Shown in pieces: positions 18,429-28,800 of a DNA stretch of 64,000 bases; position 1 is the first letter of the stretch, and each line of letters starts with the position of its first letter. Both the position numbers and the translations under genes were made by a program. This DNA is from Methanomassiliicoccaceae archaeon. Its GTDB lineage: Archaea > Thermoplasmatota > Thermoplasmata > Methanomassiliicoccales > Methanomassiliicoccaceae. A model generated the notes under the pieces. That model was not told the DNA's origin, did no database searches, and worked only from the letters and a program-made list of their open reading frames with translations. The stretch spans positions 64,001 through 128,000 of the forward strand of contig JAXGZN010000002.1 in assembly GCA_040776945.1 (NCBI GenBank). Direction: 5' to 3'.

Positions 18429-20243
18429 TTATCTCTTGGCCTTGGTAGCCGAGAAGAACTCCTCGATCCTAGCGGCAGCGTCATCGTCCACGAAGATGTC
18501 CATGTCCGAGGGGAACGCATTTCGCACCTGAGGGAGCGAGTATCGGTCATCAAGGAGAACGATGACCGCCCGGTCGCTCTCGGACCTGATGGCGCGCCCT
18601 GCGGCCTGCAGGACCTTGGCCACCGCCGGGTACACTTGAACATAGAGGTCGGCCTTCTTACGTCCATAAGCTCCCTCCATGCGGTAGAGCATCCCCTCCA
18701 TCTCCCTGGACGGCGGTGCCAGAGGGAGGCCGACCACGACCACCGAGCTCAACAGGTTGTCCCGGAAGTCCACTCCCTCGGACAGCGAGCCCCCCATGGT
18801 GCCCAGCAGAAGGTTCCTTCCTTCCCGGAGCTGCAGGACCATGGCCTCCTTCTCGTTCTTCCCATGCTCCCGGCGCTCGGCGAGGATGCGACGGTCCCTG
18901 ACCATTGCCGCCAGGTAGCCCTCTACCTGTCCCAGGAGATCATAGGAAGGGAAGAACGCCGCCACGTTGCCGGGCACCTTGTCCGCGCACCGGGCGATCT
19001 CCTCAGCGATCGAAGAGAACATGGCCTGTCCGCGGGAGCGGTAGCGGGTAGAGACCTTGGTGGAGGCGAGCACCAGGCGGTTCTCTTTTGGGAACGGGGA
19101 TGGATACGCGCGGCAGACGGCGTTCCTGGCCCCAAGGAGGTCGGCGAACATCTCCGGAGGATGCAGGGTACCGCTCATGATCAGAGCGCTCCGCACCCTC
19201 TCGAGCACCGGTGCGATTATCGGACGAGGGTCCACCAAGCTCACCTTGAGCCTTGGCGGGTCGCCGTCAAGGTAGCGCACCGTGGCCTCGTCGGCCGCGC
19301 TCCAGGAGTGCAGGAAATCTACCAAAGCCCCTATGTCAGCGCCCTCTCCGGCGGCGGCCTCGATCTCCTCCGCCAGGCCCCCGGCGTCGACCCCGCAGGA
19401 CTCCATGAGCGGACGATCGATGTCCGCACCGGCGATCCTCTCGGGGCCTCTGCGGCAAAGGCCTCGGAACACATCGGCCAGGAGGTCGAGGTCCTCGGCA
19501 AACTGCTTGAGGGAAGGAAGCGCCCTGACCCGCTCTATCGTTCCGGCGGCCAGGCCCCCGCTGTTCGCCCCCATGACCCTGGAGGGAAGGTTGTGGGCCT
19601 CATCGATCACCAGGACCGCTTCTGACTCCTTCCTCCCGAGCCGCTGCAAGATGTTCGGTCCTCTGCAGAACATCTGGTTATAATCACCGATGATCAACTG
19701 GGCCTCGGTCGCCGAGCGCATGGCTAGACGATGTGGGCACTGCCCCGTCCGCAGGCCCAATCGCATCGATTCTTGGACGTTTAGCGGGTAATCGAGGAGT
19801 AGGTCGTCCTCTTCGTCGTTGTCTCGAGAGAAGAAGCAGCGGTGGCCCCCCGCGCAGGGCACGCGGCTCCCGTCCCTCCTCGCCAGGCACATGTCCTCTC
19901 GCGAGATCAGGTCGACGACCCCGATCCTCCGCTTCCGCCATATCCCTCTCGCGGTCTCCACCGCTATCGCGTGCTGGCTCTGGCGTGAGGTGAGGAAGAG
20001 GGCCACACCGTCCGAGGCCAGGGCCGTCTCTACGGCCGCGGTCAAGGCCACCGCGGTCTTTCCCAGTCCGGTGGGGGCGTAGGCAAGCAGATGGTTGCGA
20101 TGTGCCATGCACATCCGGGCATCTTCCAGGAAGCTCTCCTGGCCCTCGCGGACCGCATCATGTGGGAATAGCCCTGACGAACGTTCCTCTGCCGGGTCCT
20201 GATGAACTGCGCAAGCTTCCATGTACGGGCCGAGGGCCGTCAT
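18429..20243 (-). CDS. XPD/Rad3/DinG family Fe-S DNA helicase
   Basis: Q-motif REGQ, APTGLGKT, four Cys (DMC, PC, RC, CPH), DEAHNL, SGTL, FFPSY, QAAGRAIR. Confidence 0.92.
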   Translation of the reverse strand: MTALGPYMEACAVHQDPAEERSSGLFPHDAVREGQESFLEDARMCMAHRNHLLAYAPTGLGKTAVALTAAVETALASDGVALFLTSRQSQHAIAVETARGIWRKRRIGVVDLISREDMCLARRDGSRVPCAGGHRCFFSRDNDEEDDLLLDYPLNVQESMRLGLRTGQCPHRLAMRSATEAQLIIGDYNQMFCRGPNILQRLGRKESEAVLVIDEAHNLPSRVMGANSGGLAAGTIERVRALPSLKQFAEDLDLLADVFRGLCRRGPERIAGADIDRPLMESCGVDAGGLAEEIEAAAGEGADIGALVDFLHSWSAADEATVRYLDGDPPRLKVSLVDPRPIIAPVLERVRSALIMSGTLHPPEMFADLLGARNAVCRAYPSPFPKENRLVLASTKVSTRYRSRGQAMFSSIAEEIARCADKVPGNVAAFFPSYDLLGQVEGYLAAMVRDRRILAERREHGKNEKEAMVLQLREGRNLLLGTMGGSLSEGVDFRDNLLSSVVVVGLPLAPPSREMEGMLYRMEGAYGRKKADLYVQVYPAVAKVLQAAGRAIRSESDRAVIVLLDDRYSLPQVRNAFPSDMDIFVDDDAAARIEEFFSATKAKR

Positions 20244-20495
20244 GCATACCGTTCATTGCTGCTAACCGTAAGCTAAGTCGGGGCCGATCAACGCGACAAT
20301 ACTGACATTTGCGGCATCAAGCAAGGTGATGGACAGGGAGGTGCAGACCTCTATCCTCTGCACGCGGCGATCGGAGAGAGGCCGTGGCCGCCATTATCGC
20401 CGCTCCTCTTGTTCCCGAGGGAAGGGCTCAGCGGCCTCCATCGACCACGCCCTTGTGGAGAAAGTTTATCATCATCGAACAGGTTTTTTGCGACC

Positions 20496-21167
20496 ATGGA
20501 CAAGCTCCCGTTCGGGTGCGACAGCCTCGACGCCATCCTGGATGGCGGCGTGGAGTCAGGATGCATGACCCTTCTCTACGGGGAGGCAGGGACCGGCAAG
20601 ACGACCCTGTGCCTGATCCTCGCCCGGGACATGGCCAAGGCCGGGAAGAAGGTCATATATCTGGACACCGAGGGCGTATCCATCGAACGTCTCCGGCAGA
20701 TCGCCGGTCCGGACTTCGAGACCGCGGCCAAGAACATCCTGTTCTCGAACATCGGCAGCTTCGATGAGCAGGAGAGGATGGTGGACAAGGCGATCAAGCT
20801 TGCCCAAAGCAATGTGGACGTCGGAATGATCATAATCGACTCAATAAGCATGCACTACCGGCAAACGAGCAGGGAGGAGGACCGCGCCGATCGCCGCTCG
20901 CTTGCCGGGCAGACAACAAAGCTGACCAATGTGGCCAGGGAAAAGTCGCTGCCAGTGGTGGTCACCTCCCAGGTCTATACTGACATAGAGACAGGGACCT
21001 TCGAGGCGCTAGGCGGGCACGCCCTGCATCATAACGCCAAGCTGATCGTCCGAGTTGACAAGGCACGCTCTGTCGGAATGAGGAGGGCGGTGCTGATGAA
21101 GGCCCGTCATATGCCCGAGGGGCTGGAGGCCGATTTCAAGCTGACCTCGAACGGCATAAGCTGCTAG
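20496..21167 (+). CDS. radB: DNA repair and recombination protein RadB
   Basis: LDAILDGG, GEAGTGKT, YLDTEG, IIDSIS; lacks the RadA N-terminal domain. Start ATG 20496. Confidence 0.92.
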   Translation: MDKLPFGCDSLDAILDGGVESGCMTLLYGEAGTGKTTLCLILARDMAKAGKKVIYLDTEGVSIERLRQIAGPDFETAAKNILFSNIGSFDEQERMVDKAIKLAQSNVDVGMIIIDSISMHYRQTSREEDRADRRSLAGQTTKLTNVAREKSLPVVVTSQVYTDIETGTFEALGGHALHHNAKLIVRVDKARSVGMRRAVLMKARHMPEGLEADFKLTSNGISC

Positions 21168-22165
21168 ACCTTGCGACCGACCGCAAATCCGATGAGGCCG
21201 CTTAGAAAATCCCGCTCGGCAGATGGGGGCAGGCACTCGAGCTGCTCCTCGGCCTTGGCGGCGTAGTCCTGAGCGGTCTTTCGGGCATGCTCTATGGCCC
21301 CGCAATCATGCAGCACGTCGATTGCATCCTTGATCTCCTCCTGCGTGGCCTTTTCATTTCCCAGCGCCCTTGTGAGCTTGGTCCGCCGGGGATCATTGCG
21401 GTCCATGACCCTCAGCGCGTGGAGGACGATGAGCGTCCGCTTGCCGTTGCGGATGTCGTTGCCGACCGGCTTGCCGAGCTGCTTCTCGTCGCCGGTAAGC
21501 GCGAGGATATCGTCCCAGACCTGGAAGCCCATGCCGAGCAGGCGGGCGTAGTCCTTCATCCGGGCGATCTGCTCCTCAGTTCCGCCGCCTATCAGCGCCC
21601 CCCCTTCGGCGGCGCATTCGAACAGCACGGCGGTCTTCTTGTAGATCATGGCCATGTAGTCATCCATGGACACCTGTTCCACCGGGATTTGCTCCATGTC
21701 CATATCGTCCTGCTGGCCCTCGGCGATCACCCAAACGGTGCGGGCCGTGTTGCGGATCAATCGGTTGACATGTTCAGGGGGAGCGTCGGTGTCGGTGATG
21801 ATCTCGAAGGCCCTAGCGAACAGCGCGTCGCCGGCGATGATCGCCGTCGGGACATCGAAGAGCACGTGCACGGCCGGGCGCCCGCGCCTCATCGAATCGT
21901 TGTCCATCACGTCATCGTGTACCAGCGTGAAGTTGTGGATGATCTCCAGCGCGCTGGCGAACGGGACGGCCTTCTCCGCGGCCCCTCCCACGGCCTCCGC
22001 GACCACCTGGGCCATCATGGGCCTCAGGCGCTTGCCCCCGGCGATGGGGTAATGCCTCACCGCCATCATCAGCTTCTTGTCGTCCCCGCCATCGAGATAG
22101 GACATGACCTGTCCATCGATTATCTTCGCTCTCCTGGTGATCTCCTTGACCACGTCCATGATCAT
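21164..22165 (-). CDS. idsA: Geranylgeranyl diphosphate synthase (polyprenyl synthetase)
   Basis: GGKRLRP, FARM HDDVMD, RRG, KTA, SARM WDDIL, GKPVGNDI. Confidence 0.93.
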   Translation of the reverse strand: MIMDVVKEITRRAKIIDGQVMSYLDGGDDKKLMMAVRHYPIAGGKRLRPMMAQVVAEAVGGAAEKAVPFASALEIIHNFTLVHDDVMDNDSMRRGRPAVHVLFDVPTAIIAGDALFARAFEIITDTDAPPEHVNRLIRNTARTVWVIAEGQQDDMDMEQIPVEQVSMDDYMAMIYKKTAVLFECAAEGGALIGGGTEEQIARMKDYARLLGMGFQVWDDILALTGDEKQLGKPVGNDIRNGKRTLIVLHALRVMDRNDPRRTKLTRALGNEKATQEEIKDAIDVLHDCGAIEHARKTAQDYAAKAEEQLECLPPSAERDFLSGLIGFAVGRKV

Positions 22166-23223
22166 ACCTCCTTCTCCATCGAGGCCCACTCTCTGGTGGC
22201 GCCGGTGATGATGTGCTGAGCGTTACCAAGCTCCCTGACGTTCTTCGAGCCGGTGAGGAACATGGCGATCCTCATCTCTTCGATGATCAGACCAAGCTTC
22301 TCCTCGACCGCCCTGGGGGACTCCAGCGCTTCCTTCAGCACGGCGCGGGCCACTCCTGAACAGTCCGCCCCTACCGCGATGCCCTTGGCCGCCTGCAGGC
22401 CGTTCTCGATCCCTCCGCTGGCAATGATCGGCAGACCCACGTCGGCCCATATGACCGACACCGGCGCGGGAATGCCCCATTCTCCGAAGGTATCGGCAAT
22501 GCGCATGCATTTCCGGTCGCCCATCTTGGCGGCCCTCCGCCCCTCGACCTTGGAGAAGCTTGTGCCCCCTGCCCCGGCCACGTCCAGGCCTCGGACGCCT
22601 ATGCCCTTGAGCCTCAAGGCAACTCGGCGCGAGATGCCCGCTCCCGTTTCCTTGACCAGGATGGGCAGTTCCCTGGACAGGGAGCGGATGCCGTCATAGC
22701 AACCCTTGGCATTGGTGTCGCCCTCCGGCTGGGCTATCTCTTGGAGGAAGTTCAGATGAACGGCCAGCAGGTCGGCGTCGATCATATCTATGGCCTCGCG
22801 GGCATCGTCCAGGCCGAAAGCGCGCTTGTTCTTCTGGTTTATGAGCTGCGGGGCCCCGATGTTACCGATGCGGAGCGGCACGTCGTACTCTTTCACGACC
22901 TCATAGCTCTCACGCGGGCCGTGCTCCAGTGCCGGCCTTTGGCTCCCGACGCCCAGGGCGATGCCCAGGTTGGCGCACGCCTCCGCCAGGTTGCGGTTCA
23001 CCCTCTCTCCCTGAGAATGGCCGCCAGTGATCGCAGTGACCATCAATGGGCATGACAGCTTTCGGCCGAAGAGCACGGTCGAGGTGTCCACCTCGTCGAG
23101 GTCCACCTCGGGAAGGGCATCGTGCACCAGCTTCACGTCGTCCCAATGGTCGAACGCCGACACCACGTCCTCTTCCAGGGACACTTTGATGTGCTCGGCC
23201 TTCCTCTGTTCGATACCCTTCAT
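22162..23223 (-). CDS. fni: Type 2 isopentenyl-diphosphate delta-isomerase
   Basis: RKAEHI, TAITGG, GSQR, HLNFLQE..QPEGD, KETGAG, GAGGTSF. Confidence 0.95.
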   Translation of the reverse strand: MKGIEQRKAEHIKVSLEEDVVSAFDHWDDVKLVHDALPEVDLDEVDTSTVLFGRKLSCPLMVTAITGGHSQGERVNRNLAEACANLGIALGVGSQRPALEHGPRESYEVVKEYDVPLRIGNIGAPQLINQKNKRAFGLDDAREAIDMIDADLLAVHLNFLQEIAQPEGDTNAKGCYDGIRSLSRELPILVKETGAGISRRVALRLKGIGVRGLDVAGAGGTSFSKVEGRRAAKMGDRKCMRIADTFGEWGIPAPVSVIWADVGLPIIASGGIENGLQAAKGIAVGADCSGVARAVLKEALESPRAVEEKLGLIIEEMRIAMFLTGSKNVRELGNAQHIITGATREWASMEKEV

Positions 23224-23993
23224 TACACCACCACTCTCGTGCCCAAGACCTCTTCGCCCCTCATCGCCGCGGCGAGCCGGCCGGGGACCAGGCCATTTAT
23301 CACCATAGAGCTCTCCCCATGGGAGGCGATGCGGAGCATGGTCTCGATCTTTCCGAAGATGCTTCCGGTCACGTCCGCGCATCGCTGGGTCCTAGGCAGG
23401 GAGCCCAGCATGGCATGGTCCACGACCTCCAGCAGGCGCGCGGATGGGTCCATCGCGGGATCGGACGTGAACACTCCGTCGACATCTGAGCAGAAGATAA
23501 TCCGGCCGGGCCGAAGCTCTCGGGCCAGTGCCTCCATCATAAGGTCCCCGGAACATATCCCGAACCCTCTAGCGAGGTCCAATGCCACGTCCCCGAAGGT
23601 CACCGGGGCGATCCCCAGGTCCAAATATCGGCGGAAGACGTCCAAGTCCACGCTCTCCATCCTGCCCTCCCTTAATCTGACAAGGACGGAGGGCGGCAGG
23701 GACACGGCCGGCAGACCAGAGCGCAGAAGGGCAGACATCACTGCCAGGTTGAGCGCCCTGACGTCCTCCATCACCTTTGAGGCCGCCATTTTCTGCTCTT
23801 CCTCGCGGTAACCGTCCTGGATGCGATGCTGGGAAGCGATCACATGGCCGAACGACCCGGCCCCGTGGACTATCACAACACGCTCTTGAAGGCTGGCGAT
23901 CTCGCCGGCGAGACGGTCCAAGACCTCCTCACGAAGCACTCTGTAGTTCCTCTTGTCGGTGATGACGCTTCCGCCCAGCTTAACCAGCAGCAT
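23223..23993 (-). CDS. ipk: Isopentenyl phosphate kinase
   Basis: KLGGSVITDK, HGAGSFGH, SGD, DVDGVF, DVTG; in an operon with fni and idsA. Confidence 0.92.
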   Translation of the reverse strand: MLLVKLGGSVITDKRNYRVLREEVLDRLAGEIASLQERVVIVHGAGSFGHVIASQHRIQDGYREEEQKMAASKVMEDVRALNLAVMSALLRSGLPAVSLPPSVLVRLREGRMESVDLDVFRRYLDLGIAPVTFGDVALDLARGFGICSGDLMMEALARELRPGRIIFCSDVDGVFTSDPAMDPSARLLEVVDHAMLGSLPRTQRCADVTGSIFGKIETMLRIASHGESSMVINGLVPGRLAAAMRGEEVLGTRVVV

Positions 23994-24088
23994 GTGGTAC
24001 GGCGGAACATGACCAGGGGCGTATAAAAAAGGTGCGAACCCGGCCATCGCCGGCCGCCGGTCCCCTGATCTCGGGCCAAGACCCTGGC

Positions 24089-24853
24089 CTACTGCCCGTT
24101 AAGCCTGGCCCCACACTTGCGGCAGAAAGCATCATCGGCCATGGTCTCAGAGCGGCAGGAAGGGCAGCTTCGAGGGCCCAAGGGACCATTGAGACCGGGC
24201 GTGGCCTTGCCGGAGGGGCCGAGCTTGATCACGGTGGAAGGATAGCTCTTCGCCCCGGCCTTCGTTGTCGGCGCCAGGCAGCGCTTCGCTCTCATTGCCT
24301 CCCCCAACGCCCCACAATAATCCTCACGGGCGAAGCATTCCTCTGCCCTGCTAAGGCATGTGCGCGCGTCAGCTCTCGCCCCGTCCCCGGCGTCGGACAG
24401 CATGTCCCTGACCGAATCCATCATGAACTTCGATTCAAGGTAGTTCGCCGGAAGCTTGCGAACAAGGTTGGCCGGCACCTCATCGCTCTCCCCCTTCTTC
24501 GGGGCAGGAGGGGGCATGGAGGTCAGGTCCTTCTCCTTGCACGTCATCAGCACCTTCTTCGCGCGGCCGGCTAGCTCTATGGCATCGAGGAACTCCCTCC
24601 GTTCATAGGCGCTTTCCGCCTTATAGATGAGGACGTCGGCCTCGGTGGTGTCCCTCCCGTTCTGGCGGAGCGATTCGGACACCGCCTTGGTGGTGCACAC
24701 CGCGTTGTACGCGTCATCACGCTCCAGGGCGGCATCCACCTTGACCTTCCTCCGGCCTCTAATGTACCTGAGCTCCAGCAACGCCACCGCTGCTGCGGCT
24801 ATCACGATGGTGATGAGCACGAGCGTCTCCAAAGGGATGTCCATTTCAAACAC
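24089..24853 (-). CDS. Membrane-anchored helical protein with C-terminal zinc ribbon
   Basis: N-terminal TM helix; C-terminal CPSC...FCRKCG. Confidence 0.75.
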   Translation of the reverse strand: MFEMDIPLETLVLITIVIAAAAVALLELRYIRGRRKVKVDAALERDDAYNAVCTTKAVSESLRQNGRDTTEADVLIYKAESAYERREFLDAIELAGRAKKVLMTCKEKDLTSMPPPAPKKGESDEVPANLVRKLPANYLESKFMMDSVRDMLSDAGDGARADARTCLSRAEECFAREDYCGALGEAMRAKRCLAPTTKAGAKSYPSTVIKLGPSGKATPGLNGPLGPRSCPSCRSETMADDAFCRKCGARLNGQ

Positions 24854-24931
24854 CGGGACGCGTGATAATTATATGGGGGGCTAAAACAATTTGCTGTACA
24901 GTTAGTCGAATTTGTAAGTGAGAGGAAAAGT

Positions 24932-25054
24932 GGCTGACAGCGTTCCACGGTTCCCGCGGGCTCGCGCACCGCAGTACAGCGTGGAACGCAGGCGGGCTTA
25001 ACTGCCGGGTTCGAATGGGACCGGGTGTATCCCCGCCGCTATGGCCGTCACACC
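24932..25054 (-). rRNA. rrf: 5S ribosomal RNA (stand-alone)
   Basis: Reverse complement has GACGGCCATAGCGGCGGGGATACACCCGGTCCCATTCGAACCCGGCAGTTAAGCCCGCC...GCGAG...GGAACGCTGTCA, the archaeal 5S pattern; ends approximate. Confidence 0.95.
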
Positions 25055-25076
25055 GATTCTCGGAATATGCCCCATG

Positions 25077-25083
25077 TATAAAA
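25077..25083 (-). promoter_or_regulatory. TATA box of the 5S rRNA gene
   Basis: TTTTATA about 25 nt upstream of the 5S 5' end. Confidence 0.6.
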
Positions 25084-25106
25084 GCATTATTGTCTTCGGC
25101 CGGAAC

Positions 25107-25835
25107 CTACAGCAGAAGATATGCGGCCGCCGCAGCCAAGCTCCCTGAGGCCATGGCAATGAAGTTCACTTGGAGCTTTCCCACCAGCCCTCGGTTCTCC
25201 AGGGTGGCCCCGATCACGCTGTCCACCATGCAGCCCACGACACCCATGGCCGCCGGGATCAATACCAAGAGGTCGAACGGCCGGTTCATGATCACCAGCC
25301 AGCCGACGTAGGATGCGACCGCCGAGGCTAGGATGCACCATAACGTTCCGTTGAGCGACACTCCGCCGTTGGTCCCAGGGGGAACGCGCTCCCACGTTGT
25401 AATCATGTAGGTGCGCTCGGACAGAACCCCAAGCTCACTGGCCGTGGTGTCAGCAGCTGCCACCGCCACCGATGATATGTAAGCGATAGCGGCCAATGTC
25501 GAACCTTGCGCGCCGGCGGCGAAGGCAACAATGGCCACGAGCGCGGGGACCAGGCCGTTAGCGAGCACGTTGCGATAGGTGCGCTCGCCCCTTACCCCTT
25601 CTTGGAGCCCTCTGCTTTCCTTGATATGGAAACGAAACCTTGTGACCGCGAAGCCAAGCAAGGTGAAGGCTATCAGGGTGAGCAGCCAGCCGATGTCGCC
25701 TAGCCCGCCGATGACCATTCCCATGATGAAAGAGGCGGCCGCACCGCTGCCGGTCAGCAGCCCCAAGCGATAGGAGAGCACCGACAGTACCGAGCACAGA
25801 GCGACTACGACGGTCAGGCCCTCCAGGCTAACCAT
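25107..25835 (-). CDS. DUF92/TMEM19 family integral membrane protein
   Basis: RTYRNVLANG, AADTTASELG, ITTWERVPPGTNGGVS, DSVIGATLE. Confidence 0.9.
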   Translation of the reverse strand: MVSLEGLTVVVALCSVLSVLSYRLGLLTGSGAAASFIMGMVIGGLGDIGWLLTLIAFTLLGFAVTRFRFHIKESRGLQEGVRGERTYRNVLANGLVPALVAIVAFAAGAQGSTLAAIAYISSVAVAAADTTASELGVLSERTYMITTWERVPPGTNGGVSLNGTLWCILASAVASYVGWLVIMNRPFDLLVLIPAAMGVVGCMVDSVIGATLENRGLVGKLQVNFIAMASGSLAAAAAYLLL

Positions 25836-25896
25836 GCACGGTAAACGGTGCATTCGGTTATTAACATTGCCAGGGCAGCGAACCACCGGTCCAGTT

Positions 25897-28800
25897 TCAG
25901 GCGGCCGGTTCGCCAGCGCCCTCCACTGCGTCCTCGCTCCGCGCCTTTGCCTTCTCCACGGTGCCGCACTTCGGGCACTTCGGCTCACTGGCCGGATATG
26001 TGGTCTCACAGTATGAGCATACGGTCATCTCCACAGGAGGTGCGCTCTCCTTGCCGATGAACGGGATGCTGGGCATAATATCCCTAAGACCGGTCCTCAG
26101 CAGGGGATCGGTCTCGTCCTTTATGCCCCGGACCTTCTCTAGGTCCCCATCCCATCCAGCCAGCGCCTCATAGTAATCGTTCTCCGCCTTGGATATGGCC
26201 TCCCTCATCCGCTGGGGCACGCGCCCTTCGCGCTTGCCGTGAAGCACCACCGCGAGGTATATGTGGTCCCCCTTCTCCACCAGCACCTTCTTCTCCCCGA
26301 AGTCCATGCGATTGAGGCCCGTGGAGGCCTCGTCCTTGAAGGAGTCCTTGACGAAGTTCTGGATGGCCACCAGCATGCTCCCCAGGATCTGGTCGTCCAC
26401 CCCGGGCTTAAGCCGCCGGGTCTGGTGGGCCATCAGGTTTCCGTCGTTATATATGATGAAGACGTCGTCCACCACCATCCGGGCCCTGTGGTACATCAAG
26501 GAGAACGCACCGAGGACCGCGCCTGCGCATAGTAGCAGGTAGATCAGCAGTGAATCAGGGCGGTCCGTCAGGCTGATGCCCATGATCGCGGATTTGATCC
26601 CAATGCCGTCGCTGTCCACCGCCTCGATGTAATAGGTCAGGCCGGCGGTCACGTCCGCGGCCGGTATGGTGGCGACATAGGTATCAGTACCGCTCACCCT
26701 GCTCATGATCAGGGTCTTGGTCTCATTGTTCGACGTGTAGACCAGCAGGACGCGGTCGACGCCGGACGGGTCAGTGACATTGACCTTGATGACCAGGTCA
26801 TCGCCGCGGTAGACCTGGGATGCCAGCATTCCGCTGTCCAGCAGGATGGCGGGCGGACTGCTGTCAACTACAGCCCTGTATGTAGCGCTGCCTACGAGGC
26901 CATGCTGGTCCATTACCTCCAAGATCACTATGTATGTGCCATCGGCGGTATAGTTTTGGACGACCCGTGTCTCGTTGCTGAAAGGGGTCCAGCCATGGAT
27001 GTCCCCGAAGTTCCAGCGATATCTTAGGCTCGAATTGTCAGTGGCGGTGTCCCAGCTCCCGCTGGCATCGAAGGTGAAATTGCCATAGCCCTCCATGTTG
27101 ACCTTGATGTCAGCGACCGGCCGGGCGTTCATGATGTAGACCGTTAGATACTCCTCAACGAACGGATTGAGGTTGTAGTTGCGCACGCAGACGGTGTGCT
27201 CGCCGGGCGTGCTATACGACCAAGTGGTCTGATTGATGGTGATCCCAGTGTTCGCCTTGAACCCGGCGACAACATCATAGTCCATGTCCCAGACGAAACC
27301 GACCATGGGGGCACCGCCGGACGTGGTCCTAAGCTCGAAGAGGATCTCCTGGTCCATGAAGAAGCTTGTTCCTCCGCCGTTGGCCGCAAGCCCCTCGATG
27401 GGGTTCGTGCCCTGGACAACGCTTAACATCAGCGTGGCGTTAGACGCTCGTCCCGTCGTATCGGTGACGGTGAGGGTGATGTTGTAGTAGCCCGGAAGGG
27501 CGTATGAAACGCTGACGTCAGGCTCGGTGCTGGTGCGGCCATCTCCCAGGTCCCAGGCTCTTGATCTGACGCCATTGGGCACGTCGGAAACGTCCTGGAG
27601 GTAGATGGTCTCACCCTTCAGGGGGCTGAACTTGGATGCCCATATCCTCGCCTCCATCGGCTTGTTCACCGTCACCAGGAAATCGATCCGGTCGGCAAGC
27701 CCGGAACGGTCGGTTACGGTGAGGGAGCAGCTGTAGGCGCCCTTCTCCGTATATTGATGCCGAACGAACTTCAGGTCCGAGGTGTTTCCGTCCCCGAAGT
27801 CCCAGCGGTAGATCAGGGAAGACAGGTCCGACGCGGAGTCGGTGGAGTTGGAAGCGTCAAAGCTCACCGTCTCCCCGACCTCAAGGATCGCCGGAGAGTA
27901 CCAGAGGTTGGCATCTGGAGCAAGGTCCTTCTGCAGCCAATAGCTCAGTGCCTTGGAGGTCGAGGAGGATGCCGCTATGTCCACGCGCCCGTCGCGGTCG
28001 ATGTCCGCGATCGCGATCCCGCTGGCCACCCCTCCGGCGGTCATGTCGAAGGGGTTGGAGAAGATCATCGATCCCCTGCTGAGCCATATACCGATCTCCG
28101 CGATCGATGAGTACCGCACCGCCAGATCATCCTTCCCGTCGTCGTTGAGGTCGCCCGAACGGACCTGGGCGGCGGCCCCCGGAAGCGTGATCGAGGCGGT
28201 AGGCAGCGATGAGGCTGTGAAACCTGCTCCGGTGTTGCTGAAGATCTTGATCTGGGCAGAGGTGGTGGTTACCGCCACGTCGTCCCGGCCATTGCCGTCA
28301 AAGTCCCCAACAGCGATGGAGGTCGGCGTGAATCCCGGCGTCAACAGCGAGGCGCTATAGGAACTGTCGTAGCAGTCTCCAATCGAAGGCGATCCCTTTA
28401 CATAATACAGCTCGATCCTTCCGCTATTGCTATTAAGGGCGGCGATGCCTGAGCCGGCTCCGCTGGGATCGATCGAACCGAACGCGACATCCACTCGATT
28501 GCCTGGATAGCTCGTCCCGATGACCTCATGCACCGGCGATCCGGACAGCGGACCATAGATCACATCGATATTATCGTGTCCACCGACCACAAGGACGTTC
28601 TTTCCTATCGCCTCGAGCCTGCCTCCAGTGAGAGATAAGGGCTGGGTCAGATGCGGACCTAATTGAAGCTCCACTGGTGAAGCGGAAGACATGAAGTTAC
28701 CAGAGCCCTTGAGGGCCCACACCCGGTCTTCGCTCTGGAACGCAACAGCCAGATCGCCGATGCCGTCTCCATCCAGGTCCCCAATGAACAAGCTGGTGGG

